A model generated the notes under the pieces. It had not been told where the DNA came from, did not search any database, and saw only the letters and a list, made by a program, of their open reading frames with translations. A DNA stretch of 64,000 nucleotides from Aquificaceae bacterium (lineage in GTDB: Bacteria; Aquificota; Aquificia; Aquificales; Aquificaceae). The DNA is taken from assembly GCA_037924335.1 (NCBI GenBank), contig JAXSMZ010000005.1, forward strand, positions 1-64,000, given 5' to 3'. A program made the translations under genes and the position numbers. This document shows positions 44,121 to 55,211 of this stretch, one piece after another. Position 1 is the stretch's first letter, and each line of letters starts with the position of its first letter.

Positions 44121-45412
44121 GAGATCTCCTGATCTTGGGTGCTCAATGGGGAGATGAAGGAAAGGGCAAGATAGTTGACCTCTTCTCTGCCAACTATCAG
44201 ATAGTCGTCAGATACCAAGGAGGAAGCAATGCAGGGCATACGGTGATAGTAGATGGTGAGAGGTTTATACTTCACCTTCTCCCTACTGGAATACTTCATA
44301 GCCATGTGAAGGGTATAGTAGCTCAGGGTATGGTAGTAGACCTAGAGCTACTTGTAGAAGAGATAAGGGACTTAGAGAGTAAAGGTATTAACGTTAGGGA
44401 TAGGCTGATAATAAGCGATAGGGCTCATCTTGTTATGCCTTACCATAAGCTGCTGGATGCTCTTTTTGAAAAAAAGAGTAAGATAGGGACAACCCTTAGA
44501 GGTATAGGTCCCTCTTACATGTTCAAGTACGGAAGGAAGGGTATAAGGGTATGCGATCTGGAGGATAAAGATAGGCTATACAAAGTCATAAAGGAAGATT
44601 TGGAGTTTGTAAGAGACATATGCGAGAAAGTTTACTGTGAAAACCAGGCTTTAGAAGTGGACAGCATATACGAAAAAACTCTCACATTCTATGAAGAGAT
44701 AAAGGATTGTGTCAGAGACTCCTCCCTCTTCATAATGGAAAACAAAGACAAGAGTATACTCTTTGAAGGGGCTCAGGGGGTTATGCTCGATATAGACATG
44801 GGAACCTATCCCTACGTTACATCCTCAAACTCCTCGGCTCTTGGTCTTACCAACGGAACTGGACTCTCTCCCAAGTTCTTCAGCCGTACTGTATTTTTTG
44901 GAGTTTCAAAAGCATACACCACAAGAGTTGGAGAGGGACCTTTTCCAACGGAGCTGAAGGATGAGCAGGGGATAAGGCTCAGGGACCTGGGAAGGGAGTA
45001 CGGAAGTACAACAGGAAGACCAAGAAGGTGTGGATGGCTTGACCTTGTGGCTCTGAAGTACGCAGTAAATGTTAACAGCCTTGACGGTCTTATAATTACA
45101 AAGCTTGATGTTCTTGATAACTTTGATGAGATAAATGTATGCGTAGCTTACGAGCAGAGCGGTAAAAGAATAGAACACTTCCCAGCAAGCCTTTACCTTT
45201 TGGAAAGAATAAGGCCCATTTACAAGATCTTTAAAGGGTGGAAAGAGAACACAAAGGGAATAAAAAGGTTGGAGGACCTACCAGATAGGGCAAAAGGGTA
45301 TGTTAAGTTCATAGAGGATTACACGGGTGTGCCAGTTGTCATGCTCTCCACTGGACCAGAGAGGGAAGAGTACCTTTTCATAAAACCCTTCCTTCAGGAA
45401 GTGAAAGTTTGA
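44117..45412 (+). CDS. purA: Adenylosuccinate synthetase
   Basis: QWGDEGKGK, GGSNAGHT, EGAQG, TTGRPRRCGW. Confidence 0.98.
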   Translation: MRDLLILGAQWGDEGKGKIVDLFSANYQIVVRYQGGSNAGHTVIVDGERFILHLLPTGILHSHVKGIVAQGMVVDLELLVEEIRDLESKGINVRDRLIISDRAHLVMPYHKLLDALFEKKSKIGTTLRGIGPSYMFKYGRKGIRVCDLEDKDRLYKVIKEDLEFVRDICEKVYCENQALEVDSIYEKTLTFYEEIKDCVRDSSLFIMENKDKSILFEGAQGVMLDIDMGTYPYVTSSNSSALGLTNGTGLSPKFFSRTVFFGVSKAYTTRVGEGPFPTELKDEQGIRLRDLGREYGSTTGRPRRCGWLDLVALKYAVNVNSLDGLIITKLDVLDNFDEINVCVAYEQSGKRIEHFPASLYLLERIRPIYKIFKGWKENTKGIKRLEDLPDRAKGYVKFIEDYTGVPVVMLSTGPEREEYLFIKPFLQEVKV

Positions 45413-45415
45413 AGC

Positions 45416-45982
45416 ATGAGAAGGGAAGAAAGGCTGCCGCCAGGGCAGAAGTGGATAAGGGACCTTATAACCTACGATATAGTAAAAAGTGTTCCCCATT
45501 GGGATGTAGAAAGTTACAGGTTTAAGGTTTTCGGTCAGGTTGAAAACCCTATAGATATGAAGTACGAAGAGCTTTTGAGCCTTCCATCTGTTGAGCTTCT
45601 TGCAGACTTCCATTGTGTTACTCATTGGAGTGTTAAGGATATCCTCTGGGAAGGTATACCTACAAGTCATATAGTTAACATAGCAAAGCCAAAAAGCAAT
45701 GCCAAGTTCGTTATGGTTCACTGCCTTGAGGGATATACAACAAACGTGCCAGTGGAGTATCTCCTTTTGGAAGACTCCATCCTAGCATACAAGATGAATG
45801 GGCAGATACTTCCAAAAGAGAGAGGGTTTCCCATAAGGCTTGTCATTCCACAGCTTTACGCTTGGAAGAGCGCCAAGTATGTGTGTGCTTTTGAGTTCAT
45901 GGAAATGGATATACCCGGTTTTTGGGAACAGAGGGGATATAATATGAGGGGAGACCCATGGAGGGAAGAAAGGTACTGGTAA
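45416..45982 (+). CDS. Sulfite oxidase-like molybdopterin oxidoreductase
   Basis: RLPPGQ, DFHCVTHWS, GFPIRL, WKSAKY, GFWEQRGY. Confidence 0.9.
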   Translation: MRREERLPPGQKWIRDLITYDIVKSVPHWDVESYRFKVFGQVENPIDMKYEELLSLPSVELLADFHCVTHWSVKDILWEGIPTSHIVNIAKPKSNAKFVMVHCLEGYTTNVPVEYLLLEDSILAYKMNGQILPKERGFPIRLVIPQLYAWKSAKYVCAFEFMEMDIPGFWEQRGYNMRGDPWREERYW

Positions 45983-46722
45983 GACTTAACAGGTTCCTAT
46001 CCATGTGCGGCGTTCTATCAAGAAGGAAGGCTGACGAGCTTATAAAGGCTGGCATGGTAAAGGTAAACGGTATTAGGATAACACAGCTAGGATATAAGAT
46101 AGACCCAGAGGAAGATGTTGTGGAGGTCAAGAGAAAGGTTATAAAACCCGAGAAGAAAAGGTATGTGTTACTCAACAAACCACGCTTTTACCTCACATCC
46201 CTTGGGAAAAGCTTCAGGGGGATGAAAATCATACAGAGTCTGATAAAAGATATACCCCAAAGGCTATACCCAGCAGGAAGGTTAGATTACGATGCAGAAG
46301 GTCTGCTTATACTAACCAACGATGGGGAAGTTGCCAACAGGATAATGCACCCTAAGTACAAACTACCAAAGACTTACATGGTTCTGATAGAAGGAAGGTT
46401 GGAAGACAGAGCGGTCGATGGCATGAAGAAGGGAGCTCTTTTAGAAGACGGTTTTGTGATTCCAGATAGCATCAAACTCATAAAGAGAGAGAAGGAAAAA
46501 ACTCTTTTGGAGCTTGTATTCCACGAAGGTAAGAAGCATATAGTAAAGAGGTTTATTAAAAGCTTCGGTTACAATGTGTTGAGATTAAAAAGGGTGGCTA
46601 TAGGACCCATAAGGCTTGGGAATCTACCACCAGGAGACTGGAGAGATATGACCGATGAAGAGATAAGAAAGCTGAAGAGAGCCCTTAGAATGTTTGAGGA
46701 GGAAGATGGAAGCTATACTTAA
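45958..46722 (+). CDS. RsuA/RluB family pseudouridine synthase
   Basis: S4 domain, GRLDYDAEGLLILTNDG. Confidence 0.92.
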   Translation: MEGRKVLVRLNRFLSMCGVLSRRKADELIKAGMVKVNGIRITQLGYKIDPEEDVVEVKRKVIKPEKKRYVLLNKPRFYLTSLGKSFRGMKIIQSLIKDIPQRLYPAGRLDYDAEGLLILTNDGEVANRIMHPKYKLPKTYMVLIEGRLEDRAVDGMKKGALLEDGFVIPDSIKLIKREKEKTLLELVFHEGKKHIVKRFIKSFGYNVLRLKRVAIGPIRLGNLPPGDWRDMTDEEIRKLKRALRMFEEEDGSYT

Positions 46723-47074
46723 ACTAATAGCTTTTGCTCTTTTCTTGTTTTTCAGTTTTATGTCCCTTTTGAAGTTCTTAGCATCTTACAGAGCAAAGAG
46801 ACTGCTGGAAAAAAGGGTTGAGTTTATAAAGGATGGTATCCTTTTCTTCTATTCGGAAAGATGTGCAGCTTGCAGGCTTATGAAGCCGGAGATTCAAAAA
46901 CTTAAAGGGTCCTTCCGGGTAATGGAGATTGATGTTCTTTCACCGGATGGCGCAAGATTGGCAAAAGAGTTTGGACTAATGGCAACACCTACCACATTGG
47001 TTGTGAAAGATAACATAGTACAGAAGGTCTTCGTTGGTTTGGTAAAGGCAGAAAGATTGATGTCTGCTTTATAA
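46706..47074 (+). CDS. Membrane-anchored thioredoxin-family protein
   Basis: N-terminal TM, CAAC, TPT cis-Pro loop. Confidence 0.8.
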   Translation: MEAILKLIAFALFLFFSFMSLLKFLASYRAKRLLEKRVEFIKDGILFFYSERCAACRLMKPEIQKLKGSFRVMEIDVLSPDGARLAKEFGLMATPTTLVVKDNIVQKVFVGLVKAERLMSAL

Positions 47075-47089
47075 TTGGGATGAGGAGCT

Positions 47090-47746
47090 ATGGAGGACAG
47101 AAACCATATTCTGGAACAGGCTGTTTTGGGAGCCTTCAGGAGAAGTCTTCTTCTTGAGCGTAAGGAAGAAAATTACAAGGAAAGGACCTTCAAACCCAAC
47201 GAAGTCCTTTGGGTTTCAGACCTTCTCTTCTGTGGCAGGAGGAAAGCATACGAGTTTCATTCCAAGATAACTGTCCAAGATGATAAGGGTTTTGTAAAGC
47301 AAGCTATAGGTAATCTTCTCCACAGCAAGCTTGCCAAAGAGCTACGCTTTGATGGTCAACCGGAGGTTTCCCTTATGAAAAGCTATGGAGAGGAGTACTT
47401 ACTCAAAGGTAGAGTTGACTACCTTCTAAGGGATGCTGTGTTAGAGTTCAAGACCATAACTTACGATGATGTCCCCCAAAGTCCAAGAAAGTACGATGAG
47501 GACCAACTCCAGCTTTATCTATGGCTTTCTGACAGAAAAATAGGGTACATAGTTTACATAAGCAGTTTTAAGGGCACAGTAAAAAGCTTTGAGATTCACA
47601 GAGATGAGGAAAAAGTAGAGAACCTGCTCAGAAAGGGCATTCAAATAGTAAAGGGTTTTAAGGGCATTGCCTCAGTAGAACCAGACCCTACATACCCATG
47701 GATATGTAGAGATTGTCCGGTAAACTACTGCGAGCATAGGAGGTAG
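47090..47746 (+). CDS. Solo Cas4-like PD-(D/E)XK nuclease
   Basis: N-terminal Cys (FCGRR), G..LH, GRVD, EFKT, QLQLY, C-terminal CRDC...C. Confidence 0.8.
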   Translation: MEDRNHILEQAVLGAFRRSLLLERKEENYKERTFKPNEVLWVSDLLFCGRRKAYEFHSKITVQDDKGFVKQAIGNLLHSKLAKELRFDGQPEVSLMKSYGEEYLLKGRVDYLLRDAVLEFKTITYDDVPQSPRKYDEDQLQLYLWLSDRKIGYIVYISSFKGTVKSFEIHRDEEKVENLLRKGIQIVKGFKGIASVEPDPTYPWICRDCPVNYCEHRR

Positions 47747-47748
47747 GT

Positions 47749-48309
47749 ATGAGCATAGACAGGGAAAAGATAAAGCAAGCTGTTAGGCTTTTCTTGGAAG
47801 GTATAGGAGAAGACCCAGATAGGGAAGGTTTGATAGAAACCCCAGAGCGTATAGCTCGCATGTGGGAGGAGTTTGACTCAAACAGAAGCTTTGATATGAA
47901 GCTGTTTGAAGAGTTTGGAAACTATAACGAGATGGTTCTTGTTAGGGATATAAAATTTTACAGTTTCTGTGAGCATCATCTCCTCCCTTTCTTTGGCAAG
48001 GCTCACATTGCCTATATACCAAACGGTGTTATATGCGGGCTTTCTAAGTTGGTAAGAGTTGTCAAGGCCTTCTCCTTAAGACCTCAAGTACAGGAGAGAT
48101 TGACTGAGCAGATAGCCGATTTTCTCCAGGATGAGTTAAAACCAAAGGGTGTTGGCGTCGTTATCTCTGCTGAACATCTCTGTATGTCTATGAGGGGTGT
48201 TTTATCTCCTGGACACCTTACGATAACATCAGCTCTCCGTGGTGTATTTCTCAGCGACCTTAGAACAAGACAAGAGTTCCTGAAACTTATAAACAGAGAG
48301 GGGCTATGA
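47749..48309 (+). CDS. folE: GTP cyclohydrolase I
   Basis: [30 protein letters not shown]. Confidence 0.96.
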   Translation: MSIDREKIKQAVRLFLEGIGEDPDREGLIETPERIARMWEEFDSNRSFDMKLFEEFGNYNEMVLVRDIKFYSFCEHHLLPFFGKAHIAYIPNGVICGLSKLVRVVKAFSLRPQVQERLTEQIADFLQDELKPKGVGVVISAEHLCMSMRGVLSPGHLTITSALRGVFLSDLRTRQEFLKLINREGL

Positions 48310-49088
48310 CAGTCTGTCTTATAGCAGGGGCTGGAGACCTTCCTTTGGTTTTCAAAAAGAACGCTGAGAGAAAAGGTGTTGAAGTTTTCACAGTTGGTGT
48401 GAAGGGGATAACATCCTTTCCAGCGGACAAAACACTTCCCATGGGCAAGGTCAGTAGGCTTATGGATCTTTTAGAGAGTAAAGGCATAAACAAGGTTGTC
48501 ATGCTAGGTAAGTTTGAGCACAACCTAATATTCTCCCAGCTTTTCACTTTAGACCAACTTGCTCTTTCCATACTAAAAAGGGCAAAGGATAAAAAGCCAC
48601 AGACCATAGTAAAGGCTATAATGCAAGAGATGGAAAAGAGAGGTTTTGAGTTCATAGACCCTAGGCCTTACCTTGAGAGCATACTCTCGTCGCCTGGAAG
48701 GATAAACCAAGTGGAGGCTAGTGAAGAAGCCATGGAAGATGGCCTTTGGGGTTTTACGTTGGCAAAAGAGATAGCAAGCTTGGACATAGGGCAGACCATA
48801 GTGGTAAAAGAGAAGTCTGTGGTAAGCGTGGAAGCCATGGAAGGCACGCAGGAGGCTATAGAGAGAGCCGGCAAAGTGGCTGGGAAGAATTGCAGGGTTA
48901 TTAAAGTTGCAAGGAAGATGCAAGACTTCCGTATAGATGTACCCACAGTTGGACCTAACACAGTAGAGGCTATTAGAAAGATAAAGGGAGATGCCCTTTT
49001 TTTAGAAGCTGGTAAGGTTTATATTGTAGAGATGGAGAGGACAAAAAAAATGGCAGACAGGTATGGCATATCCCTTTACGGACTTTGA
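48306..49088 (+). CDS. lpxI: UDP-2,3-diacylglucosamine diphosphatase LpxI
   Basis: [31 protein letters not shown]. Confidence 0.9.
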   Translation: MTVCLIAGAGDLPLVFKKNAERKGVEVFTVGVKGITSFPADKTLPMGKVSRLMDLLESKGINKVVMLGKFEHNLIFSQLFTLDQLALSILKRAKDKKPQTIVKAIMQEMEKRGFEFIDPRPYLESILSSPGRINQVEASEEAMEDGLWGFTLAKEIASLDIGQTIVVKEKSVVSVEAMEGTQEAIERAGKVAGKNCRVIKVARKMQDFRIDVPTVGPNTVEAIRKIKGDALFLEAGKVYIVEMERTKKMADRYGISLYGL

Positions 49089-50740
49089 AGAAATGCTTTT
49101 ATAACCTCTTCTGGTCGCCCATCAGCCACTAAAGCGCCGTTGCTAAAGACAACAGCCCTATCGCACAAAAGTATGTTAGAGAACCTATGGGCTGATATCA
49201 GTATAGTTCTATCTCCAAAGAACTCAAATATGTTTTTCAGAATCTCCTCCTCGGTCTTTACGTCCATAGCAGAGGTGACCTCATCTAGAATTACTACCTC
49301 CGGGTCTTTCAAGAAGAGCCTTGCCAAAGCCAACCTTTGAACCTCTCCACCGGACAGATTCTTCCCCATCTCTTCTACCTTTTGGTCTAAGTCTGTGACA
49401 AAGCTGCACATGGCCAGCTTAAGAGCTCTGTGTATCTCTTCATCCGTAGCTTCCTCCTTGGCTATGACCATGTTCTTCCTTATGCTACCTTCAAAAAGGA
49501 AGGGTCTTTGAGTGAAAAAGGCTATCCTATCCCTCAAGCTCCTTTTTTCTATTTCCTTTAGTTCTATACCACCGTACTTCACGCTTCCATTGTAATCTAA
49601 AAGCCCAGCCAATACCTTCAGGAAGGTGGTTTTACCGGAGCCAGTATGACCAACTATACCGACCTTTTCCCCTTTTCTTATATATATGTTAACGTCTCGT
49701 AAAACAAAGTTTTCTTCAAAGGCTACAGATAAGTTTTCTACCTTTATGTCTTCCTTTAGATGCTCAAAGGGCAGACCACCCTCCTTTTCTCTTGGAAGGT
49801 TCAAAAGCTCCCTTATTCTACCAATTATTGGCATACTGGCTCTAACTTCCATCATTCCCTTCTGCACTTCAGACAAGGGCTGTTGGATCAAGAAAAGGGC
49901 TGTAAGGTAAGACAGAAAATCACCCGGTGTTAAGCTTCCCTGCAGAACTCTTACACCACCGTACAGGATTATGAGAGCTACCACGGCATATCCAAATAGA
50001 AAGTTGAAAACTGTATTGGTTGTTGAGTAGAGAGCAGATTTTATACCTGCTTTAAAGATCTTATGGTTAACTTCCTTAAACCAATCAAAAAACATCTTCT
50101 CTGCCATAAACATCCTTATGTTTTCGTACCCATAGAGTACATTGGAAAGGTTTTGCGTAATATATCCCAGGTTCTCCTGCAGCCTTTTGCTATGTTTTCC
50201 CTTCTTGGAACCAAAGTATTTGACCATCATCGCAAGGATGGGAACCAAAACACCAAGAAGTAGGGTAAGAAACCAATCCCTGTAGAAGAGTACACCCAAA
50301 AGGGCAACGACTGTTATAGGGTCCCTGAAAAGCTTTGTCATATGTTCCCCTAAAAGGTTCCTGTAAGCCTGTATGTCTGACAGTAATCTTGCTGTAAGGT
50401 CACCAGAGGAACTCTTTAGCAAAGAACTGTATGGGGCAAAGAGTATCTTTTCAAATACCTCATTCCTTATCCTCTTTGCTTCCTTCTCAGAATAAAGGTT
50501 TGTAACCATGGATACTAAAAAATTTCCCAGCTGGTTTAAGATGGCAAAAAAGAGCAAAAAGGAAACAGTCCCAAAAAGCTCTCCATAGCTTTTTAGGATG
50601 AATACGTTATCAACAAGGCTCTTGATCAGAAGGCTTATTCCTGTGGTTCCTCCAGATTCAAGCAAAGAACCTAAAAGAGCTAAAAATATCAGAAAAATGT
50701 AAGCTTTTATCCGAAGGAAAAGCCACTTTACATCCTCCAT
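49076..50740 (-). CDS. ABC exporter, MsbA-like (TMD+NBD)
   Basis: Six-TM domain, GHTGSGKT, LSGGEVQR, LDE; adjacent to lpxI. Confidence 0.85.
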   Translation of the reverse strand: MEDVKWLFLRIKAYIFLIFLALLGSLLESGGTTGISLLIKSLVDNVFILKSYGELFGTVSFLLFFAILNQLGNFLVSMVTNLYSEKEAKRIRNEVFEKILFAPYSSLLKSSSGDLTARLLSDIQAYRNLLGEHMTKLFRDPITVVALLGVLFYRDWFLTLLLGVLVPILAMMVKYFGSKKGKHSKRLQENLGYITQNLSNVLYGYENIRMFMAEKMFFDWFKEVNHKIFKAGIKSALYSTTNTVFNFLFGYAVVALIILYGGVRVLQGSLTPGDFLSYLTALFLIQQPLSEVQKGMMEVRASMPIIGRIRELLNLPREKEGGLPFEHLKEDIKVENLSVAFEENFVLRDVNIYIRKGEKVGIVGHTGSGKTTFLKVLAGLLDYNGSVKYGGIELKEIEKRSLRDRIAFFTQRPFLFEGSIRKNMVIAKEEATDEEIHRALKLAMCSFVTDLDQKVEEMGKNLSGGEVQRLALARLFLKDPEVVILDEVTSAMDVKTEEEILKNIFEFFGDRTILISAHRFSNILLCDRAVVFSNGALVADGRPEEVIKAFLQSP

Positions 50741-50764
50741 TGAAGGGTATATTTTAAGATACAA

Positions 50765-50965
50765 ATGGTTAAGTACATAATCTACCTGCTTTTGGCCTTT
50801 CTCCTTATAGACCATATATGGTCTCATTATGGACCAAAGGTAATAAACACCATTGCTTCTGAGTTTATGAATAAACCAACAAAAGTCGTTGAAGAAGGTA
50901 AGGAAAGAAAAAGTATAATAGACAACGTAGTAGAAAGGCTAAAGAGAACATTAGAAAGGAGGTAA
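50765..50965 (+). CDS. Small single-TM hypothetical protein
   Basis: ATG, TM segment, ends just before ribBA. Confidence 0.6.
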   Translation: MVKYIIYLLLAFLLIDHIWSHYGPKVINTIASEFMNKPTKVVEEGKERKSIIDNVVERLKRTLERR

Positions 50966-50968
50966 ACA

Positions 50969-52180
50969 ATGCAAGAGAGTGTCTTTAGCAGTATAGAGGA
51001 AGCCATTGAGGATATAAAGAACGGTAAGATGGTTATAGTTGTGGATGACCCTAGTAGGGAGAACGAAGGTGACCTTGTGATGGCAGCTGAAAAAGTCACT
51101 CCAGAGGCTATAAATTTTATGGCAAAGCATGGGAGGGGTCTCATATGCCTTACGCTCACACCGGAGAGATGCGAAGAGCTAGACCTTCATCCTATGGCTA
51201 TGAGGAACACGGACCCAAAGGGAACTTATTTCTGTGTATCCATAGATGCACACCCTAAGTTTGGAACAACAACCGGAATATCGGCTTACGATAGGGCTAA
51301 AACTGTAATGTTAGCCATAAGCCCAGAAGCAAAACCTTCAGATTTCATAAGACCTGGGCATGTTTTTCCCTTAAGGTCAAAGCCCGGTGGTGTCCTAGAG
51401 AGAGCTGGGCACACAGAGGCGTCTGTTGACCTTGCAAAGCTTGCAGGTCTTTATCCAGCAGGTGTCATATGTGAGATAATGAAGGATGATGGTACGATGG
51501 CAAGGCTTCCAGACCTTGAAGAGTTTGCCAAAAAATTCGGGCTCAAGATAGTGACCATAGCGGACCTTATAAGGTACAGACTGAAAAGAGATAAGCTTGT
51601 TGTCAGAGAGGCAACAGCTAACCTTCCTACAAGATACGGCTTCTTTAAAATACACGCTTACAAACACGTGCTGACTGGAGAAGAGCAGGTAGCTTTGACC
51701 GTAGGAGAATGGAAGGAAGATGAACCCGTGCTTGTCAGGGTTCACTCTGAGTGTTTGACTGGAGATGTTTTTAAGTCTCTAAGATGCGATTGCAGAGGCC
51801 AATTAGAAGCAGCACTTGAGATAATAGCAAGGGAAGGTAAAGGTGTTCTTGTATACATAATGGGGCATGAAGGAAGGGGTATTGGTATAGTCAACAAGAT
51901 AAAAGCTTACAACTTACAGGATAAGGGCTACGATACTGTAGAGGCTAACGAAAAGGTAGGCTACCCAGCAGACCTTAGAGACTACGGTGTTGGTGTTCAG
52001 ATACTTTTAGACCTTGGCGTTAGAAAAATGAGACTTCTTACAAACAATCCAAGGAAGATAGTGGCTCTTGAAGGCTATGGATTGGAGGTTACGGAGGTAG
52101 TTCCTTTAAGGATAGAACCAAATCCTTACAACAGACTCTATCTGGAAACAAAGAAGACTAAGCTTGGTCATAAGCTATGA
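50969..52180 (+). CDS. ribBA: Bifunctional DHBP synthase / GTP cyclohydrolase II
   Basis: [38 protein letters not shown]. Confidence 0.96.
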   Translation: MQESVFSSIEEAIEDIKNGKMVIVVDDPSRENEGDLVMAAEKVTPEAINFMAKHGRGLICLTLTPERCEELDLHPMAMRNTDPKGTYFCVSIDAHPKFGTTTGISAYDRAKTVMLAISPEAKPSDFIRPGHVFPLRSKPGGVLERAGHTEASVDLAKLAGLYPAGVICEIMKDDGTMARLPDLEEFAKKFGLKIVTIADLIRYRLKRDKLVVREATANLPTRYGFFKIHAYKHVLTGEEQVALTVGEWKEDEPVLVRVHSECLTGDVFKSLRCDCRGQLEAALEIIAREGKGVLVYIMGHEGRGIGIVNKIKAYNLQDKGYDTVEANEKVGYPADLRDYGVGVQILLDLGVRKMRLLTNNPRKIVALEGYGLEVTEVVPLRIEPNPYNRLYLETKKTKLGHKL

Positions 52181-53157
52181 GGTAAGTAAACCTTAAAGGT
52201 GCTACCAAGACCCTTTACACTTTCCACTTCCACCTTCCCACCGTGGGAGAGAGCTATGTGCTTTACTATAGAAAGTCCTAAGCCAGTACCCCCCATTTCT
52301 TTACTCCTTGACCTTTCAACCATATAAAACCTTTCAAAGATGAAAGGTATGTGCTCCTTAGGAATACCTATACCGGTGTCCTTCACCTCTATAACCGCGT
52401 AGTTATCCTGGGTGTATGCTCTCACTTCTACGCTTCCCTCCTCTCTGTTATACTTTATGGCGTTATCCACAAGGTTTAAAAGAAGAAGGATGAGTTTATC
52501 TTCATCTGCATAAACTTTAAGATGTTCATCCACAGAGTTTATCAATCTTACGTTGCGACCTTTGGCAATATCCCTAAGAACATCAAAGACAACGTCAACG
52601 TTTTCCCTCAATAGTAGCTCCCTTTTATGTAATTTCTCCTCTCCAGATTCGAGCTTTGCTATGATCAGAAGGTCTTCCACAAGGTTTTTCATCTCTTCTG
52701 TTCTCTTTAGAGCCCTCTCCAAAAGCTTTTTTTTATCCTGGTTCCTTTCCTCTTCTAGGAGCGTCTCAAGTATGCTCTTTATAACAGCTATGGGTGTTTT
52801 CAGTTCATGGGATACGTTTGCTACAAACTCCTTCTTTGACCTTTCGTACCTTTTAATCTGAGTTATATCTGTGAGCTTGACCAGAACCTCATTTCCTGCT
52901 GGGAAGACCTCCACAGCATACTCAACCTCTCCGTGCTCGAAGAATCTTTTTATCCTCTTTTGTTCGTTTATGGCCTCTGCCAGAGCCGATATGAGGCTAA
53001 GAAGGTTTAATCCTTCATAATAAGACTTATTCTCATAATTTCCCTTTAGAACCCCCTTTTTTATAAGAAAATCGTTGGCATAAATTATTTTTCCTTCCTG
53101 GTTTACAACCATATAACCTTCATTTACGTTTTTTAAAAACTCACTCAGTGCACCCAT
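52168..53157 (-). CDS. PhoR-like histidine kinase (PAS-HisKA-HATPase, no TM)
   Basis: [40 protein letters not shown]. Confidence 0.85.
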   Translation of the reverse strand: MGALSEFLKNVNEGYMVVNQEGKIIYANDFLIKKGVLKGNYENKSYYEGLNLLSLISALAEAINEQKRIKRFFEHGEVEYAVEVFPAGNEVLVKLTDITQIKRYERSKKEFVANVSHELKTPIAVIKSILETLLEEERNQDKKKLLERALKRTEEMKNLVEDLLIIAKLESGEEKLHKRELLLRENVDVVFDVLRDIAKGRNVRLINSVDEHLKVYADEDKLILLLLNLVDNAIKYNREEGSVEVRAYTQDNYAVIEVKDTGIGIPKEHIPFIFERFYMVERSRSKEMGGTGLGLSIVKHIALSHGGKVEVESVKGLGSTFKVYLPHSL

Positions 53158-53166
53158 AAAGATAAC

Positions 53167-54690
53167 TTACTCCCATTCGATAGTTGCTGGTGGCTTGGAT
53201 GATATATCGTAGACCACTCTGTTTACACCTTTTACTTGGTTTATAATCCTTCTCATTACATGGTCTAAAAATTCATAGGGAAGCCTTGACCAATCTGCTG
53301 TCATACCATCCGTACTGTCTACGGCTCTCAGAGCTATCACCCTCTCATAAGTCCTTACATCGCCCATAACTCCAACACTTTTTACAGGAAGCAAAACAGC
53401 AAAAGCTTGCCATACCTTATCATATAGACCCCATCTTTTCAACTCTTCTATGAATATATGGTCAGCTTCCCTTAAAATGTTCAGGTCTTCCTCCTTTACG
53501 TCCCCAAGTATCCTTATGGCAAGCCCTGGACCAGGGAAGGGATGCCTTTTTAGGATCCCCTCTGGCAGTCCAAGGAGCTTTCCTATTTCCCTAACTTCGT
53601 CTTTGAATAGCTCACGCAAGGGTTCTATTAGACCAAGTCCCATCCTCTCCGGCAGACCACCTACGTTATGGTGCGTTTTTATAGCGCTTGCCCCAGATAC
53701 GCCAGCACTCTCCACTACGTCTGGATAAAGGGTACCCTGAAGCAAAAACTTTGCGTTTGTTTTTTTTGCCTCCTCTTCGAAGACCTCTATAAAGGTGTAA
53801 CCCACTACCATACGCTTCTCTTCTGGATCCTCAACGCCTTTAAGCCTTTCTAAAAAGAGTTTACTTGCATCAACACTTTTAAAGGGTAGAGAGAGGCTTC
53901 TAAAGCAATCCTCCACCTCCTCAGCCTCTCCTTTTCTTAGGAGTCCATGGTCAACAAATATGCACGTTAGATTGTCGCCCATAGCCTTATGAGTTAGCAC
54001 CGCTGCAACAGTAGAGTCAACTCCACCAGAGAGGGCACAAACCACTTTGCTGTTCCCCGCAACTTGCCTTATCTCTTGGAGTTTCTCCTTTATAAAATCT
54101 TTCATTTCCCAATTTTTCTCAGCCTTGCAGATTTTAAAAACAAAGTTTGAAAGCATCTCTTTCCCGTAAGTTGTATGAATCACCTCTGGATGGAATTGGA
54201 CACCATACACATTCCCCTTCTTTATTACAGCGTTGTATGAGTTTTCAGAAGATGCAAGGTTTATAAAACCAGGGGGTAAAAGGCTCACCTTATCCGCATG
54301 GCTCATCCAGACATCAAAAGAAGATGCGAGTCCATCAAAAAGGACGTCATCCAAAAGAACGTTGAGCCTTGACCTGCCATACTCTTGCTTCTGAGCCCTT
54401 TCCACCCTTCCCCCAAGCTGGTAAGCGATAACTTGAAGGCCATAGCATATACCCAAGATGGGAATATCAAGGTGGTAAAGCTCTGGGCTGGGAAGTGGAG
54501 CTCCGGGTTCATAAACTGAAGCAGGACCTCCAGAGAAAACCAGCCCATAAGGCTGTCTTTCCACCACCTCTTGAGGGCTTATGTTGAACGGGACTATCTC
54601 ACTGTAAACACCGAGCTCTCTTATCCTTCTCACTATGAGCTGTACATACTGAGAGCCAAAGTTAAGAACAAGTATGGGACGCTTTTTCAT
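53167..54690 (-). CDS. guaA: GMP synthase (glutamine-hydrolysing)
   Basis: [34 protein letters not shown]. Confidence 0.98.
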   Translation of the reverse strand: MKKRPILVLNFGSQYVQLIVRRIRELGVYSEIVPFNISPQEVVERQPYGLVFSGGPASVYEPGAPLPSPELYHLDIPILGICYGLQVIAYQLGGRVERAQKQEYGRSRLNVLLDDVLFDGLASSFDVWMSHADKVSLLPPGFINLASSENSYNAVIKKGNVYGVQFHPEVIHTTYGKEMLSNFVFKICKAEKNWEMKDFIKEKLQEIRQVAGNSKVVCALSGGVDSTVAAVLTHKAMGDNLTCIFVDHGLLRKGEAEEVEDCFRSLSLPFKSVDASKLFLERLKGVEDPEEKRMVVGYTFIEVFEEEAKKTNAKFLLQGTLYPDVVESAGVSGASAIKTHHNVGGLPERMGLGLIEPLRELFKDEVREIGKLLGLPEGILKRHPFPGPGLAIRILGDVKEEDLNILREADHIFIEELKRWGLYDKVWQAFAVLLPVKSVGVMGDVRTYERVIALRAVDSTDGMTADWSRLPYEFLDHVMRRIINQVKGVNRVVYDISSKPPATIEWE

Positions 54691-54713
54691 AGTACAATTA
54701 TACTTAAATTTAT
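54689..54713 (+). repeat. 25-bp direct repeat, left copy (right copy 55128-55152)
   Basis: ATAGTACAATTATACTTAAATTTAT exact on both sides of the IS relic. Confidence 0.9.
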
Positions 54714-55127
54714 ACGCTGGGTGAGAAATTCAAGAAAGCTCAGATACAAGCCTATCAATAAAAAGAGGCAGTATGGCTATAATTATTAGTCCTACAACCC
54801 TTAGGAGGTTATAACATGGATATTTTACCAACTTACATGTCCATCTAAAACAAAATCCTTCAAGACCTTGAAAGCGCCCTACCCTTCTTAAATGTGCCAA
54901 GAAATTAGCTTAACTTGAAAAGGACACAGAAGATAAAGAGGTATAGGAGAATAAGGCGAAGGAACAACGGCAGGTGGTGGAAGGTGTGATAAGTCAGATA
55001 AAGCTTTTTAATGTTGGCAGTGGATGGAGGACTTTAACTTGTGTGCTTGTGTATGTATATGCTTATGCTATTGGATATAGCTATTACAGGAGGTGGGCTT
55101 GATAATGCCTAATTTCTCACTCGGCGT
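54714..55127 (+). mobile_element. Internally deleted IS982-like insertion sequence (414 bp) with transposase fragments
   Basis: 17-bp IRs ACGCTGGGTGAGAAATT / AATTTCTCACTCGGCGT (2 mismatches); RBS+ATG 54816 with early stop; C-terminal fragment EQRQVVEGVISQIK...YSYYRRWA* ending 55102. Confidence 0.8.
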
Positions 55128-55211
55128 ATAGTACAATTATACTTAAATTTATACCTTATAAACTGCTAAAGACTCACAAAAAGTTAGAAACAAAAATAAG
55201 GAGGTCTTACC

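Noticed and set aside
47090..47746. CRISPR-Cas locus
   Set aside because: No repeat-spacer array or other cas genes seen anywhere in the window
54571..54789. 72-aa ORF crossing the guaA start and IS end
   Set aside because: Overlaps guaA antisense, with no recognisable motif or RBS
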